Shown: positions 19,480-28,904 of the stretch, piece by piece
Numbering within the stretch: position 1 is the stretch's first letter
Layout: each line of letters begins with the position of its first letter
Source: Candidatus Saccharimonadales bacterium
Lineage (GTDB): Bacteria > Patescibacteriota > Saccharimonadia > Saccharimonadales > Saccharimonadaceae
Length of the DNA: 53,247 bases
Reading direction: 5' to 3'
Assembly (NCBI GenBank): GCA_036373975.1
Contig: DASUUR010000050.1
Location: forward strand, 1-53,247
Translations under genes and position numbers: made by a program
Notes under the pieces: model-generated
Databases searched by the model: none
What the model was told of the DNA's origin: nothing
What the model saw: the letters and a program-made list of their open reading frames with translations, nothing else

Positions 19480-20013
19480 ATGGGCTTCCCGATCACACTA
19501 CTTGTTGTAGTGGGTGTGGGTGGTGGCATGTTGAGCTGGTTCGCCGGAAGGGCGGTGGTGCGGTCCAAGGAGCTCTCGTGGCCTCGCAAGCTGCTCATGG
19601 CCTCGCTCACCCCAGTGGCGGTCCTTGTGGCCACCGTCATCATCAGCTTCAACTTCTCGCTTCTCTCGCGCTGGGGTAACGAAATGGAGTGGAGCTACAA
19701 GGCCAACTCCATGCGGCTCGGAGCGGTCGAAGAGGCCGAGAAGGAGATCAAGGAGCTGCTCAAGAGTCAAGGTTTCAGCTATCGGTTCCGGCCCGACATC
19801 AGCGAGAATGCGCAGTCGGGAACGATTCTGGCCTGGGTTCGCGAAGATCGCAAGAGCGAGCTCTACGCGTTCAAGCGTGACGGACAGTGGGTGTTGGCCT
19901 GCCAGTACGGCGATACCAAGAAGCCGCTCGAGGGCGACTTCCTCAAGGACTACAACACGTACGGCGGCTGCCCGGTGATTGATGCCGTGGCTCCGTCCAG
20001 ATCGACCCGCTGA
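19480..20013 (+). CDS. hypothetical membrane-anchored protein, GC3-rich (likely foreign origin)
   Basis: ATG at 19480 follows GAGGTGA. Two N-terminal hydrophobic helices. 48 of the first 60 codons end in G/C, against 9 of the first 30 in the neighbouring ftsE. Confidence 0.7.
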   Translation: MGFPITLLVVVGVGGGMLSWFAGRAVVRSKELSWPRKLLMASLTPVAVLVATVIISFNFSLLSRWGNEMEWSYKANSMRLGAVEEAEKEIKELLKSQGFSYRFRPDISENAQSGTILAWVREDRKSELYAFKRDGQWVLACQYGDTKKPLEGDFLKDYNTYGGCPVIDAVAPSRSTR

Positions 20014-20016
20014 GAA

Positions 20017-20055
20017 GTGCCCCACACTGCGTGCAAGTTGCGCAGGGTGGGGCAC
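20017..20055 (+). terminator. long GC-rich hairpin closing the GC-rich cassette
   Basis: GTGCCCCAC-a-CTGCG...CGCAG-g-GTGGGGCAC (9+5 bp stem), starting 4 nt after the TGA stop. Confidence 0.65.
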
Positions 20056-20096
20056 TAGTAATTTCTACATCAAGTCGTAGAAGCGCAAGATGCTTG

Positions 20097-20105
20097 TGCT
20101 ACAAT
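20097..20105 (+). promoter_or_regulatory. extended -10 (TGcTACAAT) 7 nt upstream of the ftsE ATG
   Basis: Sequence match. There is no SD between the hexamer and the ATG, suggesting a leaderless transcript. Confidence 0.45.
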
Positions 20106-20112
20106 TGATCTG

Positions 20113-20796
20113 ATGATTTTATTAGATCGTGTTACCAAAATTTATGGTAAAGACGCGAAGCCAGCGCTTAATCGCGTTAGCCTTCATATTGAGCCAAAAG
20201 AATTCGTTATCTTAGTGGGAACCAGCGGTGCGGGGAAGTCGACACTCTTAAAGTTGCTAACCCGCGAAGAAAAGCCAACCAGCGGTAAAATCGTTGTTGG
20301 CGGTATTGATTACGATAGTCTGAAAGACCGCCAGATTCCGCTGCTGCGCCGTAAGATCGGCGTTGTTTTCCAAGATTTTAAGTTGCTTCCGCAACGAACG
20401 GTCTTTGAAAATGTCGCCTTCGCTCTTGAGATCGCTGGCATGACCGGGCGTGAGATCCGTAGCACTGTGCCAAAAGTAATCGATCTAGTCGGCCTTACGG
20501 GCAAAGAAAAGAAATTCCCGCATCAACTCTCGGGTGGAGAGCGCCAACGTGTTGCGATTGCTCGTGCGGTGGTGCGCCAACCTAAAATTCTTATTGCCGA
20601 CGAGCCAACTGGCAATCTTGATCCACGCCACAGCTGGGATATTGTGCGCTTGCTCGAGAAGATTAATCGCTACGGCACTACAGTTCTGCTTACCACCCAC
20701 AATGTCGAGATCGTTAATAAGCTAAAGCGCCGCGTCATTACAATTGATCATGGTAAAATTACTTCAGATCAGGTGCAGGGGAGCTATCGACAATGA
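20113..20796 (+). CDS. ftsE: cell division ATP-binding protein FtsE
   Basis: GTSGAGKST Walker A, LSGGERQRVAIARA signature, ILIADEPTGNLD Walker B. Confidence 0.95.
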   Translation: MILLDRVTKIYGKDAKPALNRVSLHIEPKEFVILVGTSGAGKSTLLKLLTREEKPTSGKIVVGGIDYDSLKDRQIPLLRRKIGVVFQDFKLLPQRTVFENVAFALEIAGMTGREIRSTVPKVIDLVGLTGKEKKFPHQLSGGERQRVAIARAVVRQPKILIADEPTGNLDPRHSWDIVRLLEKINRYGTTVLLTTHNVEIVNKLKRRVITIDHGKITSDQVQGSYRQ

Positions 20797-21779
20797 GCAA
20801 GAAACATAACGAAGTACGTGCTAATCTACGGCAGAATAAGCAATTTCGTCGTCGCTGGCTCACCTTTGTGCGCATGTGTCGCTATGGCGTTAATAACTTC
20901 TCGCGCAATGCGTGGCTCACTGTTGCGGCTACCGCCGTCATGACGGTCACATTGCTTATTGTGTTTTCGACGTTAATCGCACGCAACGTGCTACTTAGTA
21001 CTGTTGATGATCTTCGCAGTAAGGTTGATGTATCAATATACCTCAAGAACACGATTAAAGAAGGTGAAGTTGCAATCCTTACGGACAAGCTAAAAGGCCT
21101 TTCGAATGTGGCCTCCGTACGTTATATTAGCGCCGACGAAGCTAAAAAAACTTACGCACAGCAAAATAGCACCGACCCTGAACAGCTAAATATCATCGCG
21201 GAGTTACCAAATAACCCCTTTCCGGCTGCGTTGCGCGTAGGGGTGCGTGACCTTAATAATATGAAGCCAATTGAAGAGCTTGTTTCAAACGATGCAGATT
21301 TCAAGGCATTCCTTGAGCCAACTCGTAAGCCGTCATTCGCAGGTGAACGCAAAGAGGCTATCGAGAATATTGGCCAGGGTATAGAGTTTGCTCAAAAGGC
21401 CGGTATTGCCGCCAGCGCTGTTTTTACCATTATCTCGATTCTAATCATATTTAATACCATTCGCATGGCTATTTTTAACCGCAAAGAAGAGATCCAAATG
21501 ATGAAACTCATCGGTGCGGATCGTAACTTTATTCGCGGGCCATTTATGGTCGAAGCCATGATGTACGGCTTTTTTGCAGCCATAGTTGCTACTTTCCTTG
21601 GTTGGGCTGGGTTACAGGGTCTGCAAGGACCGCTTTCAAACTACGGAATCGTTATACAGCCTACCCTCGAATACGTCACAGTTATGAGCCCCATAATTCT
21701 CATAGGCATGATCTTCCTCGGCGCACTTATAGGGATTATTTCATCAACTTTTGCCGTACATCGCTATTTGAAGGTCTAA
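20793..21779 (+). CDS. ftsX: cell division permease FtsX
   Basis: ATGA overlap with ftsE; a TM segment, a large extracytoplasmic loop, then three TM segments. Confidence 0.9.
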   Translation: MSKKHNEVRANLRQNKQFRRRWLTFVRMCRYGVNNFSRNAWLTVAATAVMTVTLLIVFSTLIARNVLLSTVDDLRSKVDVSIYLKNTIKEGEVAILTDKLKGLSNVASVRYISADEAKKTYAQQNSTDPEQLNIIAELPNNPFPAALRVGVRDLNNMKPIEELVSNDADFKAFLEPTRKPSFAGERKEAIENIGQGIEFAQKAGIAASAVFTIISILIIFNTIRMAIFNRKEEIQMMKLIGADRNFIRGPFMVEAMMYGFFAAIVATFLGWAGLQGLQGPLSNYGIVIQPTLEYVTVMSPIILIGMIFLGALIGIISSTFAVHRYLKV

Positions 21780-21842
21780 TCTGCAGTAGCATAAGCACAT
21801 TGACTAAAAAAGGTAAAACAGACTAAAATAAGAGAAATTGCC

Positions 21843-23015
21843 ATGAAACATTCCATGTCACAAATAAAGCGTGTATTTGTTCGCACAAGGCTGATTGCTG
21901 CTGCGCTTCTTATGATTGTTTCGGTGCCGTTATCTATTGCGCCAACTGCACATGCTGACCGCTTCCAGGACCAGATCGAAGCCTTGCAGCGCGAAATCAG
22001 CAGCTTTAATGCTGCGGCACAGGCGCTTCGTAGCAGGGCTAATACCTTACAAAACGCCGTCAACTTAATTGCCGCTCAAAAAAATGCCATCCAAAAGAAG
22101 ATCGATCTTAGCCAGGCGCAGTACAATAAGCTAGTTGCCGAGATTCAGCAAACCGAAAAGGATATTAAAGCTAATCAGGCCGTCTTGGGTGCAACAATTG
22201 CCGATTTATATGTTGATAGTTCGCTGAGCCCACTCGAAATGCTTGCCAGTAGTAACAGCATTGGCGACTATGTAGACAAGCAAGAATACCGCACGGCCGT
22301 AAAAGAACAAATTCAAGTCGCAATTAAAGCAATTAAGGCACTGCGCAAAGAGCTCGAGGGCAAAAAGGTCGCAGTAACCAAAGTACTCAATAAGCAGAAG
22401 AGCGAACGGTCTGCTCTTGCAGCGAAAGAGGCCGAGCGCGCGAGTCTACTTGCCCGAACACGGGGTCAAGAAAGCGCGTACCGCAGCCTTGTAAGCAAGC
22501 GCAACAGTGAATTAGAGGCAGTTCGTGCGGCACAAGCTGCAGCCTACGCTGAATATAACCGTCGACATGGGGGCAGCAAAGCAGTTCCTGGCGATCCAGG
22601 ACGCGGCGGCTACCCAGACATTTGGGCGAATGCACCACAAGACTCTTTGGTAGATGACTGGGGAATGTATAACCGGGAGTGTGTAAGTTACACCGCATGG
22701 CGGGTCTACAACGATGGAAAAAACATGCCTAACTGGGGCGGCCGGGGGCACGCCTATCAATGGATCGAGAACGCTAAGGCTGAACGCATTCCCTATACGC
22801 ACGGCGTCCCATCGGTGGGCTCAATTGCGGTCTGGGATACCTCAGACGGAATGGGTGGCTATGGCCACGTGGCATATGTCGAGCGCGTAAATGGTGACGG
22901 TTCTATCTGGATAAGTCAGTATAATTTCCCGGTTAACGGGGTGTCTGGTCAATATAGCGAAATGTCGGTTAGCGCTGCTGAGGTTTCGCAACTAGATTTC
23001 ATCAATTTCCGTTAA
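21843..23015 (+). CDS. secreted coiled-coil + CHAP-domain peptidoglycan hydrolase (PcsB-like)
   Basis: N-terminal signal/TM segment and about 230 aa of coiled coil. The C-terminal CHAP domain has its catalytic Cys in NRECVSYTAWRV and its His in GHVAYVERV. Confidence 0.8.
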   Translation: MKHSMSQIKRVFVRTRLIAAALLMIVSVPLSIAPTAHADRFQDQIEALQREISSFNAAAQALRSRANTLQNAVNLIAAQKNAIQKKIDLSQAQYNKLVAEIQQTEKDIKANQAVLGATIADLYVDSSLSPLEMLASSNSIGDYVDKQEYRTAVKEQIQVAIKAIKALRKELEGKKVAVTKVLNKQKSERSALAAKEAERASLLARTRGQESAYRSLVSKRNSELEAVRAAQAAAYAEYNRRHGGSKAVPGDPGRGGYPDIWANAPQDSLVDDWGMYNRECVSYTAWRVYNDGKNMPNWGGRGHAYQWIENAKAERIPYTHGVPSVGSIAVWDTSDGMGGYGHVAYVERVNGDGSIWISQYNFPVNGVSGQYSEMSVSAAEVSQLDFINFR

Positions 23016-23033
23016 TAAGTAAAGAGAGAGCAT

Positions 23034-24257
23034 ATGAAAAAACCCGGCCAGGCCGCCGAACCCGAACTTCATCTTGACAAAAAGCCACGTCACATCTCGC
23101 GCGGTACATTCATAGGGAGCTTGCTGATTGTGTTGGCGATAGGCTTTGTCGCTGGCACGCGTAGTGAGCAGATTGCCGCTTTCTTGCCTTTTATACCCAA
23201 GGCTCAGCAAGGTATAGATTTTTCTTCTTTGCAAGAAACGCACCGACAGCTCGTTAATAGCTACGATGGCCAGCTTAACCAGCAAAAACTCATCGAAGGT
23301 GCAAACAAGGGGCTAGTTGAGGCGACCGGAGACCCATACTCAACATACTTTACGGCTGATGAGGCCGCGCAGTTCAATAATGACCTCGAGGGTACCTTTA
23401 GCGGGATTGGGGCTGAACTTGGCCGACGTGACAATAAACTGACCGTTATTTCAACCATTGACGATAGCCCCGCTAAGGCTGCTGGCTTGCAGGCTAACGA
23501 TGTTATTGTACGTATCAATGATGAGGCAGTAAGTGACATTTCGGTCGATAAGGCCGTGGGGCGCATCAGGGGCGAAAAGGGCACCACTGTTAAACTAACT
23601 GTGCTACGCGGGGAGCAGGAAGTCAAAGAATTTACTATTACACGTGATACCATCACCGACCCGAGCGTGAAATCTGAGATCAAAGATGGCATTGGTATTA
23701 TGCGTATTTCGCGCTTTGGCGACAATGACACCGTGACACTAGCTCGGCAAATCGCTCAAGATTTTAAAGATCGTGGCGTAAAGGGCGTAGTGGTTGACGT
23801 TCGGGGCAACGGCGGGGGCTACGTCGATACAGCAAAGGATATAGCCAGTTTGTGGCTGGATAACAAAGTGATAGTAAGTGAGCGGGGCAGGACTGAGCCG
23901 GACAAGGTAATTCGATCAGAAGGAGACGCCATATTGAAGGATATACCGACAGTGGTTCTGATTGATGGTGGTAGTGCAAGTGCAAGCGAGATTTTAGCTG
24001 GGGCGCTGAAGGACCATAAGGCAGCACAGTTGGTGGGCATGAAGAGTTTTGGCAAGGGGAGTGTTCAAAAAATAGTGCAAATGCCGTACGGAGGACTACT
24101 AAAGGTAACGGTCGCGAAGTGGTATACGCCAAATGGTAAAAATATCGACAAAGAAGGCATAGCTCCAGACATTACCGTTAAGCCATCAGAAGACGATATT
24201 AAAAAGGGTAACGATACCCAACGCGCGAAAGCCCTAGAAGTTTTAAGCGCTAGGTAG
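23034..24257 (+). CDS. S41 family C-terminal processing peptidase with PDZ domain
   Basis: PDZ segment (SPAKAAGLQANDVIVRINDE), GGSASASEILAGAL serine motif, KSFGKGSVQ lysine motif. Confidence 0.9.
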   Translation: MKKPGQAAEPELHLDKKPRHISRGTFIGSLLIVLAIGFVAGTRSEQIAAFLPFIPKAQQGIDFSSLQETHRQLVNSYDGQLNQQKLIEGANKGLVEATGDPYSTYFTADEAAQFNNDLEGTFSGIGAELGRRDNKLTVISTIDDSPAKAAGLQANDVIVRINDEAVSDISVDKAVGRIRGEKGTTVKLTVLRGEQEVKEFTITRDTITDPSVKSEIKDGIGIMRISRFGDNDTVTLARQIAQDFKDRGVKGVVVDVRGNGGGYVDTAKDIASLWLDNKVIVSERGRTEPDKVIRSEGDAILKDIPTVVLIDGGSASASEILAGALKDHKAAQLVGMKSFGKGSVQKIVQMPYGGLLKVTVAKWYTPNGKNIDKEGIAPDITVKPSEDDIKKGNDTQRAKALEVLSAR

Positions 24258-24295
24258 TTGTGCTTACGCCTGATTTCTAGTACGATTGAACTATT

Positions 24296-24676
24296 ATGGA
24301 AGCAAAAAAGAAGATTCTCTTAGTTGAAGATGACACCGCACTTGCAAGCGTGTATAAATCTCGCCTCGAACTTGAAGGTTTTGAAGTTAACACAGTGCAC
24401 AACGGAGAGGATGCATTATCTGCAGCAGTCGCTTTCCGCCCAGATCTTATTGTGCTTGACGCAATGGTGCCAAAAATCGGTGGCTTTGATGTACTAGACA
24501 TTTTGCGTAACACCCCTGAAACGGCAAATATTAAGATTATTATGCTCACTGCCTTGAGCCAGCCTAAAGACAAAGAACGCGCCGAGAGTCTTGGGGTAGA
24601 TGAATATCTTGTTAAATCACAAGTTGTCATTGGTGATGTTGTCGAGCGTATTAAGCACCACCTCGGCCTTTTGTAA
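24296..24676 (+). CDS. single-domain response regulator (receiver only)
   Basis: LLVEDD acidic pocket, the LIVLDAMVP phospho-acceptor Asp, the MLTA Thr position and a conserved Lys (YLVKS). Confidence 0.85.
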   Translation: MEAKKKILLVEDDTALASVYKSRLELEGFEVNTVHNGEDALSAAVAFRPDLIVLDAMVPKIGGFDVLDILRNTPETANIKIIMLTALSQPKDKERAESLGVDEYLVKSQVVIGDVVERIKHHLGLL

Positions 24677-24750
24677 ATATTCGTAAGCTTTTTGACTTCT
24701 AGGCTAGTATATGCTAGAGTTATTACTATAACGCTAACGCATATACATCT

Positions 24751-25188
24751 ATGAACACAACAATAACACCAGAAACACAATATAAAACCGCCCAGCCAAC
24801 TCAAGGGGAGGTGGTTGCTGCGCCTGCAGTGGAGCTTCAACGGCACGAAGAGGAGGCCTTTCGCAGTATTGTCAAAGGCCTAGGCGATGCCGCCGCTGAG
24901 CGAGCCTTCGGTATACCTCCGACTGAAGAGTACCAGGAGGCTGAAGCTATGGCCAACCCCGCCACCTTTGACGAAGTTGTCGCTCCGGCGCACATACGTC
25001 GCCAGCAAGAGGTAAGCCAGGCTCAGTTCCAGGCTGCGCCCGAGGTTGAGAAGCCTACAATGCGTTCTCGCCTACGAAAGCTAGGAAGTTTAGCGGTTAC
25101 CAAATTGTTTGGCATCCCGTCTTCGAGCTCAGCATATTATCAAGAAGGCTTCGATAGGCGCGACCCAACAGAACGCCCTCAAAACTAG
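24751..25188 (+). CDS. hypothetical, low-complexity/disordered 145-aa protein
   Basis: ORF preceded by TTGACT-17 nt-TAGAGT and followed by a 20-bp terminator stem. I recognise no motif. Confidence 0.5.
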   Translation: MNTTITPETQYKTAQPTQGEVVAAPAVELQRHEEEAFRSIVKGLGDAAAERAFGIPPTEEYQEAEAMANPATFDEVVAPAHIRRQQEVSQAQFQAAPEVEKPTMRSRLRKLGSLAVTKLFGIPSSSSAYYQEGFDRRDPTERPQN

Positions 25189-25199
25189 TTATAAACCTT

Positions 25200-25246
25200 A
25201 CATAACAAAAACGCCCTCCAAAACTAGGAGGGCGTTTTTGTTATGT
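25200..25246. terminator. bidirectional terminator (perfect 20-bp stem) shared by the 145-aa ORF and rpmA
   Basis: ACATAACAAAAACGCCCTCC-aaaacta-GGAGGGCGTTTTTGTTATGT. Confidence 0.85.
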
Positions 25247-25255
25247 AGAGTTACT

Positions 25256-25528
25256 CTATTCTACAACTACTTGGGTGCGAGTAGCAGTTTTGCCAGTAAA
25301 GCGGCGAACTTTTACCTTTTTGAAGCCTACAACACCATCTTTAGCGGCATGAATGGTAAAGTTGCGGCTTTGGTAGGTGCCAGGACCAGCAATCTTAGTT
25401 GAGCCTACTTGTCGAACTAACACTTCGCCGTTGTTGACCTTTTGGCCGCCAAAGCGCTTAACTCCAAGCCTCTGGCCGGGTGAGTCGCGAACATTTTTGG
25501 CGCTACCGCCAGCTTTCACATGTGACAT
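25256..25528 (-). CDS. rpmA: 50S ribosomal protein L27
   Basis: The MSHVKAGGSAKNVRDSPGQRLGVKRFGGQ N-terminus is canonical for L27. Confidence 0.95.
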   Translation of the reverse strand: MSHVKAGGSAKNVRDSPGQRLGVKRFGGQKVNNGEVLVRQVGSTKIAGPGTYQSRNFTIHAAKDGVVGFKKVKVRRFTGKTATRTQVVVE

Positions 25529-25532
25529 TTAC

Positions 25533-26720
25533 TTAATTACTCCTTATCAGTACTAATAATTCACGCCCGACGATCTGGTCCTCACGGTGGTATATCAAAT
25601 CTTCATTTGAGGCGTGTATAAAATCTATTCGATTATAGCCAATATTCTCGAGGTCGTCAAGTGCCGAAATATGGTGAACGCCGCTTGCGGTGTGCCAGGC
25701 GGGAACAGCGATACATAGCGGTGTGCCTGGGGCTAGTTGCCGAGCGAGGTTCTTGAGAAAATTCTTGATGATCGTATTGCATTCGTGCTTGATGTCAGCA
25801 AGCAAGGCCGGCGAGGGCTCACTGCTCAGCGGCTTGCCTAAGTAGGTTTCGCCAACAACGACATCGATAGGCTGCTGCCAGGTGGCGCTTGTAGCATCGG
25901 CTTCGTGGAGGTACCAGTCAAAATGAACACGGTGTGTCTCGGCTAGCCATTGCAGGTTGTCGCGGCTATAGCGAATCATTTTTTCACTCACATCTGTACC
26001 ATAAACTGCATAGCGCAGGAGGGCTGCTTCTTGTAGTACAACACCTGTTCCGCAAAATGGGTCAAGCAGACGGGGCTGGGCGAGGCCTGCCTCTGGTTGC
26101 GCATGCACAAAGCCACCGAGGTTAATCATGGTCTGTGCGAGCTTGGGCGGTAGCATCCCGACATAGGCGTCACGACGTGGACGACCCCGATCACGAAAAG
26201 TGTAAGCTTCAATATCCTGAACCTGCTTGGTCTGCGCAATTACCGTGCGCCCGTCGTTCATAGCAACAATTAGTATTTCGCGTTTATTATCGGCAGTGCC
26301 CAGACGGTTATGTAATACCTGGGCGGTGTTGAGGGATGTTTCATTATTAGGGATAAGTCGTACTGAGCGTCCTGATTTTTTGAGGCGCTGTTTTATAATT
26401 AGGCCGGTTTTTTGTACATCGCGCGGCGAAATAGAGAAGTTGTAGGCAGAAATGCCGAGTGTTAACTTGCCCTCTGGGGCCGTGCTCTCGAGGAGTTTTA
26501 CTGCTTTTTGGGCGCTGGATTGCCATACTATGCCATCAGCGTTATCGAGCACCTCAGCAATCTTCATACTGCTCCCAAGTGGGCGTTGCAGTACGGTTGC
26601 AAGCGGTATATCAACATACGCAACTTGTGGCGCAACTTGGCGCACCTGTTCGGCGCCATAGAGCCGCTCTAATTCCGCCAGGCCAAGCGCTGGCTGCCGT
26701 CCTAAAATACACAATGTCAT
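25533..26720 (-). CDS. class I SAM-dependent methyltransferase, putative RNA methylase (UPF0020/Trm11-like)
   Basis: LLDPFCGTGVVLQEAA SAM-binding motif I in the C-terminal half; the N-terminal domain is unassigned. It ends 4 nt before rpmA. Confidence 0.55.
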   Translation of the reverse strand: MTLCILGRQPALGLAELERLYGAEQVRQVAPQVAYVDIPLATVLQRPLGSSMKIAEVLDNADGIVWQSSAQKAVKLLESTAPEGKLTLGISAYNFSISPRDVQKTGLIIKQRLKKSGRSVRLIPNNETSLNTAQVLHNRLGTADNKREILIVAMNDGRTVIAQTKQVQDIEAYTFRDRGRPRRDAYVGMLPPKLAQTMINLGGFVHAQPEAGLAQPRLLDPFCGTGVVLQEAALLRYAVYGTDVSEKMIRYSRDNLQWLAETHRVHFDWYLHEADATSATWQQPIDVVVGETYLGKPLSSEPSPALLADIKHECNTIIKNFLKNLARQLAPGTPLCIAVPAWHTASGVHHISALDDLENIGYNRIDFIHASNEDLIYHREDQIVGRELLVLIRSN

Positions 26721-26767
26721 AGGCGTATTATACCCGCTTTACTCAAGAATAAGCTATAATAAGGCCT

Positions 26768-27799
26768 ATGAAATTCAAAACGTGGGTGAGTATTGTAACT
26801 TTTTTGTTGCTTGTGGCAGTGATCTATTTTGCAAGAGAGGAGCTGGTTGCGGCCTGGAATCTGCTTGATGAAGTGAATCTTGGTGTACTCCTATGGATTA
26901 TTCCGGTGCAAATCTTTAGCTACTATGCGACAGGGGCGATTATCTTTTCGTATCTACGCGCTAAGGGGAATGTGAAGCATTTGACGCATTGGCAGATGAC
27001 CCGTATAGCGCTCGAACTTAATTTTGTGAACCATATTTTACCGAGCGGTGGTGCGGTAGGTTTCTCGTATCTTGGTTGGCTATTACATAAGCACGGGGTT
27101 GGCGCCGGGCGAGCGACTATGGCGCAAATTGTTCGGTTTGCATTTACGTTTATATCGTTTATATTACTGTTGATCCTTTCTGTGATTGTTATTGCCTTTG
27201 ACGGCGCAATCAACTCGTTGGTAATACTATTGAGTGCGGTTTTAGTTATGGCTGCGGTAGCGACAAGCGCCGGAACAATCTACATCATTAAAAGTGAGCG
27301 TCGACTCAAGCGCTTTGCACATTGGCTCACGCGGGCATTGAACAAATGTGTTCGCGTTGTAAGCCGTGGCAAAAAGCAGGAAGTACTGGCCTATCAGGTG
27401 GTTGAGCACTTCCTCGAGGAGCTGCATCAGGATTATCTTGAGCTCCGTGCGGAAAAGAAGATTCTTGCAAGACCCTTCGCCTGGGCGACTGTTGCTAACA
27501 TTGCTGATGTAGCCTTGTTGTCGATCGCTTTTATGGCGCTAGGGGTTTGGGTAAATCCGGCTATGATCCTGATTGCCTTTGGTATTTCATCGATTGCCAG
27601 CGCCTTGACGATCACGCCGGGTGGAGCGGGGGTGTACGAGGCAATTATGATCGCCTTTTTGGCGACTGCTGGTGTCAATCCGCAGGCGGCTATTTTGGGA
27701 ACCTTGCTGGCGCGGGTGTTGTTGATCCTTGGGACAATTGTGTTCGGATATGTATTCTACCAATTAACTATTCTACGCTATGGAAAACGTCCAGCTTAG
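26768..27799 (+). CDS. UPF0104/LPG-synthase-TM-like (flippase-like) integral membrane protein
   Basis: About 8 TM helices and a TPGGAGVYEA motif near the C-terminus, typical of this family. Confidence 0.55.
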   Translation: MKFKTWVSIVTFLLLVAVIYFAREELVAAWNLLDEVNLGVLLWIIPVQIFSYYATGAIIFSYLRAKGNVKHLTHWQMTRIALELNFVNHILPSGGAVGFSYLGWLLHKHGVGAGRATMAQIVRFAFTFISFILLLILSVIVIAFDGAINSLVILLSAVLVMAAVATSAGTIYIIKSERRLKRFAHWLTRALNKCVRVVSRGKKQEVLAYQVVEHFLEELHQDYLELRAEKKILARPFAWATVANIADVALLSIAFMALGVWVNPAMILIAFGISSIASALTITPGGAGVYEAIMIAFLATAGVNPQAAILGTLLARVLLILGTIVFGYVFYQLTILRYGKRPA

Positions 27800-28904
27800 C
27801 GTTGGCGAGTGCCTAGCGCTGATTAACCAGACGCTTGAGTATGCCTATCCAAGCGTGACGGTTGTAGGCGAAGTGGCCTCGTTCAAGGTGAACCAGGGCA
27901 AATACGTGTTCTTTGATATTAAGGATGATACGGCAAGCATGCCGTGTTTCATGACGCTATGGCAGATGCGCCAGCCGCTTGAAGATGGAATGAAGGTGGA
28001 GCTTGTCGCTCAGCCCAAGGTTACGGCCTGGGGCAAGTTTAGCTTAACGGTACGCGAGGTTCGACCGGTTGGCGAGGGGAGTTTAAAACGCGCTTTTGAA
28101 GTGCTGGTAAAAAAATTACAGGCCGAGGGGTTGTTTGATGAATCCCGAAAGCGTCCATTGCCGGCGTTACCCCATCATATAGGCGTCATCACTTCAACAC
28201 AGGCGGCAGGGTATGCTGATTTTATAAAGATTTTGAATGATCGCTGGGGAGATATGCAAATCGATGTAGCACACGTTCAGGTGCAGGGTGCGGCAGCGCC
28301 AGGGCAGATCGTGCGGGCGCTAGAGCATTTCAATGAAATGACTGAACCTCCAGAGGTTGTAGTGATTGTCAGGGGCGGGGGCAGCGCCGACGACTTAGCC
28401 GCCTTTAACGATGAACCGCTAGCACGCGCCATAGCGGCCAGTAGAGCGATAACGTTAGTGGGCGTAGGGCACGAAGTCGATACTTCACTGGCCGACATGG
28501 TTGCCGATGTACGGGCTGCAACGCCTAGCAATGCGGCGCAGCTATTGGTACCAGATAAGCAGCATATTATTGAGACGCATCGGCGTGGGCTGCGACAGGC
28601 AGTAGCGCGCATAGAGCAACGTTACCAGGTTGTGGCTGAGCTGCCGCGGCAATCTCTGGTTGCTATGTTTAGCCATATTCAGGTCGACATGGAGCGCATC
28701 TCGGCGTACCAGGCCAGCCTAGCGCGCACGCTTACACAGATCAATCCGCAGGTTGTCCTACGGCGGGGATATGGCGTTATCAGGGACCAAAAAGGTCGGG
28801 TTGTGCGCGGCGCAGCCGATACGGTGCGCACAGGAGATCGGCTCACTATTGAGCTCGAACAGGCTATAATCGAAACAGGAGTACATAATGTCAGCAAAAA
28901 GTAA
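27780..28904 (+). CDS. xseA: exodeoxyribonuclease VII large subunit
   Basis: N-terminal OB fold (VTVVGEVASFKVNQGKYVFFDIKD) and the catalytic region IGVITSTQAAGYADF ... VIVRGGGSADDLAAFN. Confidence 0.9.
   Translation: MENVQLSVGECLALINQTLEYAYPSVTVVGEVASFKVNQGKYVFFDIKDDTASMPCFMTLWQMRQPLEDGMKVELVAQPKVTAWGKFSLTVREVRPVGEGSLKRAFEVLVKKLQAEGLFDESRKRPLPALPHHIGVITSTQAAGYADFIKILNDRWGDMQIDVAHVQVQGAAAPGQIVRALEHFNEMTEPPEVVVIVRGGGSADDLAAFNDEPLARAIAASRAITLVGVGHEVDTSLADMVADVRAATPSNAAQLLVPDKQHIIETHRRGLRQAVARIEQRYQVVAELPRQSLVAMFSHIQVDMERISAYQASLARTLTQINPQVVLRRGYGVIRDQKGRVVRGAADTVRTGDRLTIELEQAIIETGVHNVSKK

Noticed and set aside
19498-20055. 185-aa minus-strand ORF (and the +2 frame ORFs at 19625..19978 and 19689..19880) overlapping the GC-rich gene
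   Set aside because: The Arg/Gly/His/Leu-rich translation is typical of shadow frames in high-GC DNA. The plus-strand frame from 19480 has an SD, TM helices and strong GC3 bias, so it is the real gene.
24277-24846. 189-aa minus-strand ORF
   Set aside because: It is antisense to a well-supported response-regulator gene and spans its promoter region. The Cys/Ser-rich sequence has no start signals.
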